Both the position numbers and the translations under genes were made by a program. Below, one piece after another: positions 30,501 to 36,900 of a DNA stretch of 64,000 nt. The DNA is from a virus. A model generated the notes under the pieces. The model was not told where the DNA came from. It saw only the letters and a program-made list of their open reading frames with translations, and searched no databases. The DNA lies in IMG/VR virus record IMGVR_UViG_3300021197_001521, positions 1-64,000 of that record, one strand, 5' to 3'. The stretch's first letter is position 1. Each line of letters begins with the position of its first letter.

Positions 30501-31713
30501 TCGCGGAACAAATGCTGTTTCTGAGTTCCTTCCTTGGGAGTTTAAGCAAAAACTTAAACCTAATGATAGTGTAGGCGTTGGTTCAGATTCTAGCGAGAGC
30601 GGAAGTTTCCCAGACAGATTTGGATACTCTGTTGCTATTAATTCTGATTTTATAGCAGTGGGTTCTCCTTGCCATGATTACGAAATGTTACATCATCATA
30701 TCTACAGCGGAACCTCTTCGTTTATAAGAAAAGAGTTTACATCTCAGTTTGCAATACCTGATCACAAGATGTACGATTTAGGAGTTTCTGGTATTCGTGT
30801 TGATAGATTTAATAATCTTAGTGGTAACATGATTATGAACAATGGTGCTGTTTACACCTTTAGGCACAAGACGCAGAACTTTGAAGATAAACCTAAAACG
30901 TGGGAGTTCGTAGAAAAGAAAAATGCTCAAGGATACCTAGACAGAACATCTGCCGTTGGAGCAACAAGCGGAACAGACGGAGACTTCTTTGGTTATTCTA
31001 TTGCGCTTGATAAACCCCTAAGAACTGACGGCGACTATATTCTAACGGTAGGTTCTCCAGAGCATTTATTCTCAACTAGCGGTAATCATATTACAGCAGC
31101 AATTTCCGGCGCGGGTTCTGCATATACGTTTGACGCAATGTTAAGAGAACAACCTGCTTCTATACCGAATCCGGGTAGTTACATAAAAGCGACAACTTTT
31201 GGTTTAGATGGAGAAACAGACTCTAGATCAGAACTATCCCAAACAGTATTCCAAAATGTTGTGGGTGAACCGGTATCTTACACATTAAGCGGAATAGTTT
31301 ACGCCAACCTAAACGGAGATTTGTTCTTGGAGGTTTCTGGGGTTGATCCTGCTTCTCAAGGTTTTGTTTCCCATAGACCGTTTGTGGAGTCTATAATAGG
31401 TGAAGCTTTAGGCGGAACAGAAATTGACGAAGAAATGGGACTAAGAACTATAGGTAAAGTTCCTGAGTCCACGGGTGTCTTACCCGTCAGTATTTTAGGG
31501 GCAGATTCAGCAATTGTGTATAATAATATGGACTTGTACCTATTAAGCACAGAAAGCGAGCAGGCAGGCAGCGGCACAAGTCCACTTAATTTGTTTGTGT
31601 CAGGTTTAGATATTTATTCTTCTGGAAATCTTGGGTTGACTACTAGCGGTATAGGTCTTTTGCAAATAGGTTCTGGAACAAACCCATTTAATCTTAGAAT
31701 TAGAGGTAAGTAA
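15550..31713 (+). CDS. Giant (5387 aa) multi-domain tail/adhesin-like protein: beta-propeller, RCC1-like repeats, LamG-like, SG-rich beta repeats, FG-GAP propeller, GldG/IFT52-like domains
   Basis: Uninterrupted ORF, TAATG-coupled to the tape measure gene. Motifs: FAALKxDGxVVTWG repeats; ILDDIRVFSKILS; FGxSxxI...VGAP/VGSP repeats. Confidence 0.8.
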   Translation: MLQLSCSCDGLSQEAIAEGVISAQTSMRMAADTKVKAMGRLQSPILKPDYEKCLPVTLIETAVGEGPIYDIEIDPYQFGDCDYDSSYYNTNDYCDLEDGKIKEEILEYIVNDGQAVIDYDIGVQPTFFSGAIGEEVIWISPALVDKNYEKEYDVSYDYSTLPSDPLDIFDPDYICCDSINLTDPNRKKIIDIIDPDYTAPCDCCPRPRPGQRAEAIRPKHNVLDSQLSKDGKHYAFAYKNLFKNEIIIEVHDRTEESWAYLAKIKTELTNFGAFTLNADATLIAVSDHEESSVHEKSGRIKIYQFDALDKQYVRVDQLGFDTGIAKSFTPSGFDFNYQDDIRTPRNFIIQRQDDEVFVLGEFPQMFSDSFAEVSEDLIDVDRIFNTTNEDDFFALLGANTFDNYVAILKDKTIRTWGNIFLPDGVAKSVNGKAEDIVSSKKAFALLTTDSKVECWGDVEKFSWRKIDEVDGEHYDVSDSLTDVKKIFSNSDCFAALKNNGQVVSFSKRFGDHLLGGSPYVWSEFEVTPRSEVDLSNIETIVGGKQCFAAITKNIPEIKRNTLACWGNEKFGGDVDRNLFGSKIGIETIESNRSGFAAIGKDKKITTWGSTDVGTEDQQSSLAQDDNFKTHIHPSISDAGNPAYQQSQYVKSKLGSEAFSKIVPSLFSFAVLTEGGLVVTWGNPYAGGLSFLDDSSGLNSLIALPDNVTLLNSESDLTGVSEIYATAAAFAALKTDGTIVTWGNTQFGGDSSGISLNNIAKVASTVGAFATINKTGGIVAWGDKEFGGQTSFNNTDPAIDLSSGFTEIYATKSGFLAFKADGTVVGWGDDANFKGIKSLEFTGLFGRSKNFGLGYSLSFNDAGDKLICGNKKRTYLSTSFEVGSIKAYQRNPTTLRWRRFGQEIKTATAFDMAMGRMVKSDSTGNRLAAYEIVSSDNEFPSKLGIYEYDAGSWKRSDRVNLFPHSKTYSPFINKSKNIRIPHGIDISSDGKTVAFGSVSPEGDDLNGKVLVAKFDENTGRYSNSGVINPDPVITTASDGINKNWNPSRLFGENVSLSHDGNKILVSSRESASIYEYSLILDYNLTNDWTKVSQVYSYDDPKRKTFYQASDSNSDFGRLISAHMSSGADFVSSTHFDDSVSTKQYGHYVYKIDHSKPIDRFDYDHKNNYLSFMNATIQKSGIYSQILYSKDSSIADTSSNLGSKQSIAIGKKSNTAASTYAFWSDVKLRTTGAEILKVGNHKISLKVTSKSFDRKRQIEVIFNGSSVNKTFKGSLIPSNEYDDLFHFAITVDTTNKVIQFYEAGRLLETFKDDNITLSTNKTDSYIGGFSNNNTPSQSILDDIRVFSKILSRDEIFKLANHRKIAFRLDQYYYDVVSANCNSFRLEFTSGTYLDVPIKNLCQETIERNDCGKVISSGCVVDAKVKFCYYTGLPHPTYVKSFGRSRDEDTAYLKNPYLNEVITSLSGTCETVNELDEAFNVYGSDFFIWGSSPVPPPFDNQVVEGSGSLLGFVNKVHSPGKELEGIALIQSRSNLDFGLAVSGFENATLTTSSKWLEKFNGDFGNWTANQVIYPKEDVSSSGFINKSKESTNLYQSIDEGVFVGNSYYSKDYSIVADDSTSYITASSINTEFEANYKFKFTDLLVRPAENRLRIKMSGPLKNYESDLPPKFHFTDVKMEDPSGGLICEYEDFTFIGDSNQYIDDANFVTYSLKPSLNYAERYQWQDNYPNLYVTSGHTLSFNVTSEDMGHPYSKSAYTFGFKGDNDFVASDQEYKDFFSVSGINPSLRITAIELYASGRKIPYKENFMNTYILGQTQGGRVERVIKPTAFLLSDFDTGIRPAASSIWEGSHGRNNSSKLGALELLSNIRGSGYDKYITTHNDASQSGKLILQFGHQRDDTFYEVKPDSFLQNSFSNIFSRWFDEDQGVFNAKDKLTPHQDGFFKVEDIKLRVLAKKNVGAANYVLDVVGYSDDCIIHVTPAMGGFLQNTPSQDVVDYSDDSITTFSPQGTVPTDSGFGNVDDLGLSTEPVSNKDQYFEDNTSNNLGGDHDLISTYPVVSATEFKWYEIPLRIYKDDVELGRIIDYTQSTYLEKLFLDIYPLPSGASIGAIELAVRYRPQSALEMIVEGGDYRKIQDGRTEGSFYPVARQVSTDPIFNAGSGFAPLSRIENIPHAYASPDTIKTNYARRWRGVNGVAGHAFQIDQFSRAFDERRINTPFLMSHVDFSNLEDDAPTSVKFSSEKTFENVHMTLTENGTPTSPDIHQNVGMRFSSGTMFGSLLPSYSGNYKTADWTSLINGSNNFTDHELYGQIFDGYDRVVRFSTKTTLELGENINPSSGVSAFIRFIPDANASGIGYNFYNSSTLFSTQFASIPSRSGLVVGFKDGYLFASGHTTTSNFLIQDTIKYSGYQYPLSVLFTYDENGDNRARLYTDNELYQGDFQNIRASSEPIQMENLSDKFTFGYAGSSVSGMPMLISEVGVTNSGNILNSGAQLQDNQVSITEFFDNIRVKFFNPNESISNDNFKLWSYVDENTYTDWYLGAFKSCEYNFEFDSLNSIKGKKAGRDLINFKFDSDGSAYSTYATKDMPNTVNSGVAYHSQLENDFLRFYLSDASSNFYATHRRVAKSLPRNYDFAEKALVVESIIEHSSSGSMVWDDGNVGPKLIVSLYTKNKEPYYVTDDPNWGLINRHYHYLQPSSCFTRLDSTFTYGDYCDDTEKWALFPEEKKLSELTEKFYSKDIDDMFVQYDIAYPSGSSLRSNLNVHTVHVRAEDAWVKPTADSGSLNLTTSGNIVESVKMDMYMFGVSGSLNDTLGLCMSGVKPVKASGDFILCVSGAKATNDTLGLYTLDYGTINNSDGNVVSSLPPYLDFVVGDHDPGQFGFFLVTSGAPEPVITTLNNLSGTNGSGMGMFIEGLGFTSGILPLSVANDQQASSDSGVLKMSVFADSGVPRIQSQMPIFLLQEQYFAESDSDFGDTSGNFNLSLVGAAINNNTISETANLYLEGQESLQVSGLMNLFLDGPPDPTIQSGILELLIRNNNLRSESNVPGNPLVFWNGENYGTSIDIQDNIYATFSADDEIRGVDLFGFGFCDSDSPDKAFDEALVVDDVVYRDRVCNDGGIFRATATYTNEAAGYQDNYYGIRKLTGLKKGRPYLVNLKITTGNTDPIPVPNDWEEWEYGICDPAFDSMCCTRDCDQALAFSGVKLIGDYPYLSGNSSLIDVSGRQAGDNYGKSMRVKKDLLAVGAPNHNVNDASGYYLEDAGAIFLYRRDQEVAGKKADWQLEEKLLLPLGARRDFVSRKTGTLVNFGNFSIAGQQWEIGQEGRELGFSLDVCQSGEREVVVAGGPGGKWSRTFPTVVTSGVPVFMMLFTDKFTYNRTKLKEIVRTARKYDILYKYFSAPWGTSPDEWHPELDVNLLICQMFTSDNIDDLPSVPNTREPWFNHMYLNDVLDPDINKNEAINTGVSGVISKFKEIFPHRNALHSGVPPIVGIFGDNTFSTNFTNSFKPILDQFVDFYNDYSLASGVYDAVNSNPSKGYVNQIFDDAFNWDQASVEILNKTLDSGNLILTDNLKFITSGVGQEYARDDSVEFQSPPESGGRVYIFEKEYGDWNLIQDIISPEEEALNGSYDTDDFIPGYGDQKPMDRFGHAVSISDNSEIISVGSPYINEACQIYERDDSENTRMYTVVLDWLTETHDPFTKDLQSHIDRYNELLAASGATVARLEVYKDLSKLDKFLLRKNKDIRLYRKVFNYDYTDIKYTGSWGVIPQEFAGTSRLGFSTAIDEEGDVVAFGAPTDSFNEFDDYNVWYGGVRSRTNYPKNNTWASYTNAGAIRVFESRKYFKHNKAVEFFKFGNLDRSVHQDIDNLSLYYNNLGTFFDVDGVSFERTQFEDIEIPTDAGLAFIITPELDAASDEIVDNIKSWLALGDRTLVLVGNDPLYEENGLYEKSNDIINKILKKLGCRMRIVPARNREESLAAGVTNSGVSSLRYNTVPARLPRFLHESHAIRGNIFASGVGDIKIDLSDLGQEDFYIYHPCDPDTFDRCGLPLKHMGDIRAGWESKCDPKIEYETNWGFHFDTPNPAQSCERYPQIPKPLLVVPNNEITPVIAAAEYKPQPPIIIEADSGTEERCTTIRTGTRTETITQGTTTYSFGTETVGEPVFNIQDTASGISGIYNSFNHVKSEYKEGFFFNPDKENTRDGIIQAKGTSFYGEPASSRRKVSDFSIYVAEEIFTDNDSNKLYMIASMLPENGWSMGDLFGDEFDPRNNDQNIAFYNNLVMENCTSRANIYQLGDWTGRSSLENAFSDSVVEKVLKKNGHFVVNNATNIPSVCNVLWIADPLNAPTDDNMKAIKDWLAEGDKKIVVTYGKTQQSADNVAILCDKLGIGTKPFFVEGDDNKYYVQDTDIIRESNLTSCCPVEGDDTSKLQLLDDSNIAISGCETYTWANSYGVNTKVDKLSAIPNGADPINLEVEFDPEGDGFTDYAYIPIKLGPSGTSVVKFRDPIYENFTENPDLFWKIVTKESSIEFPVVQNSGYRLFAEWVSETDEEKYDILACVDDLTVKFSPEPGNESTNPGDYADKYLDKTPKYSKKTATWDFRVKEGFDSVKIKFDTKEWHVPRISSEGQPTPFTPRVLAISGYLIPILAEYNETTTTKDYPIFETICSGIDWYSPARTIEQPDIFRPISTNHRKYCPPNVELCSGLNPNLDVEDGPVIVADELEHFTNFDQGLNRSRIILVTDSTIIQGQSPHFRSDPNSENGLFIRSLYPSSPEKELGYEGELEISPKGRRFEFKQKLRAPEKGSPAKYFAASGMQNLVDRFGYNGKAGQLENYTDQEDTFVLGDVLRLKSPIKPIEIEQAIEFFGEEVIPDYGVFPRFSGMYGEATDTYDPKYIDAGIKGGISRYQEERGHDYLEFVAMNSGYPGDLFGWSIDIYKNKLVVGAPFNGFNSGDLVSWSGVTEAYNASNVASGLKLGKNGGGGSAFYYERTGRGTNAVSEFLPWEFKQKLKPNDSVGVGSDSSESGSFPDRFGYSVAINSDFIAVGSPCHDYEMLHHHIYSGTSSFIRKEFTSQFAIPDHKMYDLGVSGIRVDRFNNLSGNMIMNNGAVYTFRHKTQNFEDKPKTWEFVEKKNAQGYLDRTSAVGATSGTDGDFFGYSIALDKPLRTDGDYILTVGSPEHLFSTSGNHITAAISGAGSAYTFDAMLREQPASIPNPGSYIKATTFGLDGETDSRSELSQTVFQNVVGEPVSYTLSGIVYANLNGDLFLEVSGVDPASQGFVSHRPFVESIIGEALGGTEIDEEMGLRTIGKVPESTGVLPVSILGADSAIVYNNMDLYLLSTESEQAGSGTSPLNLFVSGLDIYSSGNLGLTTSGIGLLQIGSGTNPFNLRIRGK
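16760..18030 (+). repeat. About nine RCC1/BLIP-II-like repeats in the giant protein
   Basis: Repeat ends TIRTWG, VECWG, VVSFS, LACWG, ITTWG, VVTWG, IVTWG, IVAWG, VVGWG, most preceded by FA(A)L/I. Confidence 0.8.
23790..24660 (+). repeat. Degenerate SG-x-L-x-L-x-x-(S)G beta-strand repeats
   Basis: DSGSLNLTTSG, ASGDFILCVSG, TSGILPLSV, DSGVLKMSV, TSGNFNLSLVG, VSGLMNLFLDG, QSGILELLI; 16 SG in about 290 aa. Confidence 0.75.
31516..31531 (+). promoter_or_regulatory. GTGTATAAT motif, candidate internal late promoter
   Basis: GTGTATAATAATATGG within the end of the giant gene, about 190 nt upstream of ORF 31713. Confidence 0.45.
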
Positions 31714-33500
31714 TGCCGATAAAAGTTAAACACAAGAACGCAGAGTGGTGTACTATTAGACCAACACCATTGATCTCTATGTCTGCCAACGTTTTGAAAA
31801 CGGGTGGTTCAGAAGCTTTTGGTGTAACATATCAAATAACGCTTACTGGTAAGTTATTAGCGAATCAAGGCAGTCCGTATGCTGCGAATATCTTGGGTAC
31901 TAGAAATGCATATTCTCTTGGCGTAACCCCTAACTCTGTTGGCCCATACGGCGCGTTTGATAACAACACTAGTCATTTTCACGATGCTGCACAAAATAGA
32001 CCCACGCCTCAACTGGTTTCTAACGAAGAGGCATTATCTGCCATTCTCTTTAAACAAAAGGCAATCAGGGGATTGTTTGAAAAAGATTTCTATGAAGTAG
32101 AAATCACAGACTGGAATGATGACTCTGCTACTGCTGTCAGATTTTTTCCAAGGGTAATTAGTGTAGATTTTGCTGAAGGTATTTATGTAGACACATGCGA
32201 TTACACAATTGTTCTTGAGGCAGACACTCTTCTTGATGCTAACAATAAAGTGGACACAGAAGCTTCTGTAGCAGCATTGCAGGGAGGTGGGATACACAAG
32301 ACCGAGAAAGAAATACTAGAAGATTTTGATGGCGCGTTTATAAACTCCTTTAGTGAAGACTGGTCTATTGAGATAGACGAATCACTTGGAGAGACAAAAA
32401 ACTCAGACTTAAATATCTACATGCCACAGGCATATAGAATCACAAGAAATCTATCCTGTACAGGTAAGAGTCACTACGAACCTCAAGAGACAAAAACTTA
32501 TGAAGCATGGGAGATGGCGCGTAAGTTTGTAACAGATAAACTAAAAAAAGAAGAAACTGAGTACGCTACCGACCCTCATAGTTACTATCCTAATGCTGGA
32601 CATACAGCATTGATGGTTCCCTTGAGAAATCTTGCCAGCGGAACAATGGACCTGATAGAAAACTACAGAGGGTACAATCACGCAAGAACAGAGCAAGTCG
32701 GAAAATCTGAGGGTAATTTTTCTATAACGGAATCTTGGTTGCTCGCAACCGGCAATACGTATGAGAACTATCAAATGTCTCTTACAAATTCGCTGGACAA
32801 TCCGTTTATTGATATTTCTATTAATGGTACTATAAAAGGATTAACGTCTAAGAAACAGAAAGATTATTCAGGTCAACTTCCTTCTGGTCACGTTCTATCT
32901 GATGAAGGTAGATTTAAACGAGCAATAGGAAAATATTACCAGATTTCTAACAGTGGATTATTTGGAGTTGGTTGCGATGTATATAAAAGAGCAAATAATT
33001 CTGTTGCAGTAGAATTAAACTCTCAACCAAAGTCTGTAACCCTTGGGACTAATGAATTTACTGGCGAAATAACTTACAGTTTATCGTTTGACAATAGACC
33101 TACCAATATAATCTCTGGAGTTCTTGCTGAACAAATTTCCGTGAACGACACTTATCCCGGAGATGTTATAGCAGTCATACCAGTACTAGGAAGAAAGACA
33201 GGACCGGTCTTACAATACATGGGTGGAAGAACAGAATACACAAGGGATGTTAGTATAAATTTAGTTATGGATTACACAAAACTCGCTTATGGTAAAACTA
33301 GAGATCCTTTGCTTCTAAAAAAACCAAGCATTGTTAACCCCACAGCAACTCAAATTCAAAACTTGCTTTTGGAACTTAGTCCGTCTAACGAACCGGGAAT
33401 AAGAAAGTACTTTTTAGCTACCCCTCCATCGGAAAGTTGGAGTCCAAAGGATGGTAATTACAGTATTAATTTATCTTGGGTTTATGAACTAGATAAGTAG
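31713..33500 (+). CDS. Tail tip/baseplate structural protein (possible distal-tail-like)
   Basis: 595 aa of repeated beta-rich tube-like units (YQITLTG, YTIVLE, ITYSLSF, YSINLSWVY); located in the tail module. Confidence 0.5.
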   Translation: MPIKVKHKNAEWCTIRPTPLISMSANVLKTGGSEAFGVTYQITLTGKLLANQGSPYAANILGTRNAYSLGVTPNSVGPYGAFDNNTSHFHDAAQNRPTPQLVSNEEALSAILFKQKAIRGLFEKDFYEVEITDWNDDSATAVRFFPRVISVDFAEGIYVDTCDYTIVLEADTLLDANNKVDTEASVAALQGGGIHKTEKEILEDFDGAFINSFSEDWSIEIDESLGETKNSDLNIYMPQAYRITRNLSCTGKSHYEPQETKTYEAWEMARKFVTDKLKKEETEYATDPHSYYPNAGHTALMVPLRNLASGTMDLIENYRGYNHARTEQVGKSEGNFSITESWLLATGNTYENYQMSLTNSLDNPFIDISINGTIKGLTSKKQKDYSGQLPSGHVLSDEGRFKRAIGKYYQISNSGLFGVGCDVYKRANNSVAVELNSQPKSVTLGTNEFTGEITYSLSFDNRPTNIISGVLAEQISVNDTYPGDVIAVIPVLGRKTGPVLQYMGGRTEYTRDVSINLVMDYTKLAYGKTRDPLLLKKPSIVNPTATQIQNLLLELSPSNEPGIRKYFLATPPSESWSPKDGNYSINLSWVYELDK

Positions 33501-33507
33501 GATTATC

Positions 33508-33975
33508 GTGAAAGAATACAAATTAAATTCATCGGATGAAAATTACGACATACCAGACAGTGGAGACAAAAAGATAGTTTCTCCCCAGTTGATACCTTCT
33601 GGAGAAAGTCTATTTTTTGATACCGCTCAATCTTCAGGTTATCCTAATTATCCTAGTCCTAGTCCTAGCGGTACTTATGGCGAGTTAATAGTAACGCAGG
33701 AAGTAGAAATTAGCGGAGTTGAACAACCTCCGGTTTTTAATTTTAACGAACTTACAAGTACATTCTCAAAGACAGAATTATTAGAAGACCCAATAACTTT
33801 TAATAATCCTTATGTACATTACGTACCTAGAGTTTATAAAAATAGTCAAGGAAAAAGAAAGAAGCAGGCTGTTTATATAAATTATTTAGCAGATTATAAG
33901 ATTACTACAATTGTACCTAACCCTTATGCTGCTGCAATACAGAGTATTTTAGACAAGATTAATAATCAGGAATAA
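33508..33975 (+). CDS. Hypothetical structural protein with Pro/Ser-Gly-rich N-terminus
   Basis: GTG start after AGGA; five SG dipeptides in the first ~70 aa. Confidence 0.55.
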   Translation: MKEYKLNSSDENYDIPDSGDKKIVSPQLIPSGESLFFDTAQSSGYPNYPSPSPSGTYGELIVTQEVEISGVEQPPVFNFNELTSTFSKTELLEDPITFNNPYVHYVPRVYKNSQGKRKKQAVYINYLADYKITTIVPNPYAAAIQSILDKINNQE

Positions 33976-33978
33976 AAA

Positions 33979-36900
33979 ATGGAAGAACATTACGGCATAG
34001 TTCCGCCTACCGGCGTATACGGAAAAGATTGGCCATCTGGAATAACGCCTACTTTACCGCAAGGTATTCATGGAGAATTATCCAAAGGCGGTTGGTCTAA
34101 GGACAACGAGGGGTTTGTTCAACAAACTTTCCTTGGTGCTAGTATATCAAACTTTAATATAAGCGCTGGTTTTGGTTCTTCTAGCACTACTCTTAGCGTC
34201 TCTCTGGTTAATGATGAACACAATAAGTCAGATGAAACAGGTTTAGGTCAAGGTGATGATGTATACCATAACGGTAGAGAAGATTCTTTCATACCGCCCG
34301 TGGTGGGGTCTCCTGTGTACTTTAAGTTTGGCAAGAATCACGCAACTCTAGATCAAGCATACAGAAGAACTTATAACCTTGTTTACGGAACCGACAAACC
34401 AACTTCTATAACTTTAGAAGAAGAAACAATTAAGGGACCAATAAATTCAATCCCAGAAAATTATTTCCTTAAAGAAGAAAGACCCATATCGCAAGACGAA
34501 GAAGAAGAAACAGTATGGGAAGATCAAACGCCAATTAAAGATCCGTCTTATGATTTCAGAGGGTACAACCATTTTGTTTTTGGTGGAATTTTAGCAAACT
34601 ATACAAAGGACGAAGGTTCTTCTAGAACTTTCTCCGCTTCCATTGCAGACCCCAGAGAAATACTGTCAAACGTTCAGGTTATATTAAATGATTACCAAGG
34701 CACTGTATTTAACAATAAAAATATATTAAATGTATATGGATTTTTAGAGTATGACAGATCTAAAGCATTAGAAAATCAAATGGATGCCAATGCTTTCTCT
34801 AAAAATCTAATCACTAGAGATGCGAACGGGTTTTTGATTGGAGGACTTCCAAACCCATTAACCGGAGAACCTACGGCAGATTGCTATCTTTTCAATCCTT
34901 CGCCACTCAGAGAACTTGTTGCTAATGACCCAATATTAAGAGAAATAGTAAACACAGATGCGTTGATAAAAAATCCATGTATCACGGGTGACGACTTCTC
35001 TATGATACACAACATATTTCCCGTTACCGGTCAGGGCATGTCAAGGAGGTGTGATCAGGGTATACCTTGGTATAGAGTTTATCAAGCACTTAAATCTATG
35101 ATGTATTGGACTGGGTATGATCTTGGTTTTGCTCCATGTGAATATACATCTGCTGGTTTTGGAGGCGTTGTAGATTTTAGGGGATTCAACTACGTTGTTG
35201 ACCTGAGCGGTCTACCATTAGATAAAATTCCGCAAATGTATTTTTTGGACACAGATCAAACAGATCTTCTTTCATTAATTCAAGATGTTTGTCAGGCAAT
35301 TAGTCATGATTACGTTGTTTCACTACTACCTGTTCTAGACTCTCCTAGAACAAGAATGTTGTATCAATACAATAGATCTTGCGTAGAGGAAGAAAGGTTT
35401 GGAGATATTGTTACAGGTATAATTCGTGTTGATGCGATAGACAAAACGGTTCAACCTCAATACGGAACCGTAACCAAGTATATAGAAAATCTAGAGGAAA
35501 ATGGAGCATTAGTAGAAACTAAAAACATTGGTTTTGAAACAACAAATGTCACGACTGACAGGTTTATTGCGGGTCATCAAGAAGTTAGCATGTACACGTT
35601 CTCTTCTCACAAAGACTCTGAATTTGCTAACTACTGGGACGATCCAGCTTGTTGGACTTTAAATGATTCTCTTTCTGACCAAATCGTTCCGTTCTATGGG
35701 TTTATAGATCAAAATGAGGAGGTTGTGTCAGTACCTAAAGGTAACGGACCTTGGAAGCAAATAGTTTTAAATGCTCAAGGATTAGATGCCTTTGGGGTTG
35801 GTAATTACTATGTAACCACAGAGTTGGAACTTAGAGCAGCAAAAATTAGTTTTGAAAACTGGTCAAAATTTTTGGCTCATTATTGCTTCAAGTATGGTGA
35901 GTTAGTAAAAAAAGGTAGCGCAGATGACTGCATTAAAAATGTTTTTGATGATCGTAATGTTTATGGAATAACATATGACAAACTATTTGATTATCTCGTA
36001 CCAGATCACCTCAAGAGCGCCGATGCCAACGACCTATTAAAAAGAACGACTTCTGTAATAACTACTCCAAGGTGCGTTTGGCCTTCCGACAGAAACTATA
36101 TATTTGAATTTTCAGATCCCGCTTCGCCGTGTAGTCCTCCGTATGGTTATCCTCTTTATTGGTTGAGGGCATTGAATATAGGACTAAATAACGCCGTGGC
36201 ACTATCGGTTTTAGGAGATTTTGACGCTGCTATTAAAGCAGTTGCAGAGGCAAATATTACTATAGGAGGGGAACTCGATGCAAAAACAAGTATTGATACA
36301 GTTAATTTTGACTTTTTGTTGAAGGGGGGATATCTTAATGACGGAAAATTGACTAACAATGAGGTATTGAGTTACCTTGTAGACCTTTTTGAAAAACGTT
36401 TTGGTAACAGAAATTATCAAAATTTGATAAAAGACAAAGACCCCGACACAGGGAGAGCAAAAAAAGGAGCAGGTATTGATGCTGCCTACAGAAGAAAGGT
36501 TAATATTGCTATAGATATTGATAATTTTGCAGAGAAGATTAGAGCGGGTGCTTTAAAGCCAAATGATCAATTTTTGACAGGTGGTAAACTAAAAGTTTTA
36601 GATAACCATTTACGATTCTTAAAAGCGAATGGGAATATTATAAACAAAATCCAGTGGTTGACAGAAAGGAACGAGCAAAATGCTCTAAAAATATATGAAT
36701 TTGTAAAAGGTGTGGCAGATAAACATTTAGGTAAAACCTACTTAGTGAAAATGCCTAAAAGTTCTAATTTGAATTATTTAGGAAACAAAATAGTAACAGA
36801 AACAAATAAAAGATACGAAGGTTTAGGCGGGTTTCTTGACGATGGACCATATGGATTTCCTCCTATGCCTATAGAGGGTAGACCTTATCCGTTTGCTAAT

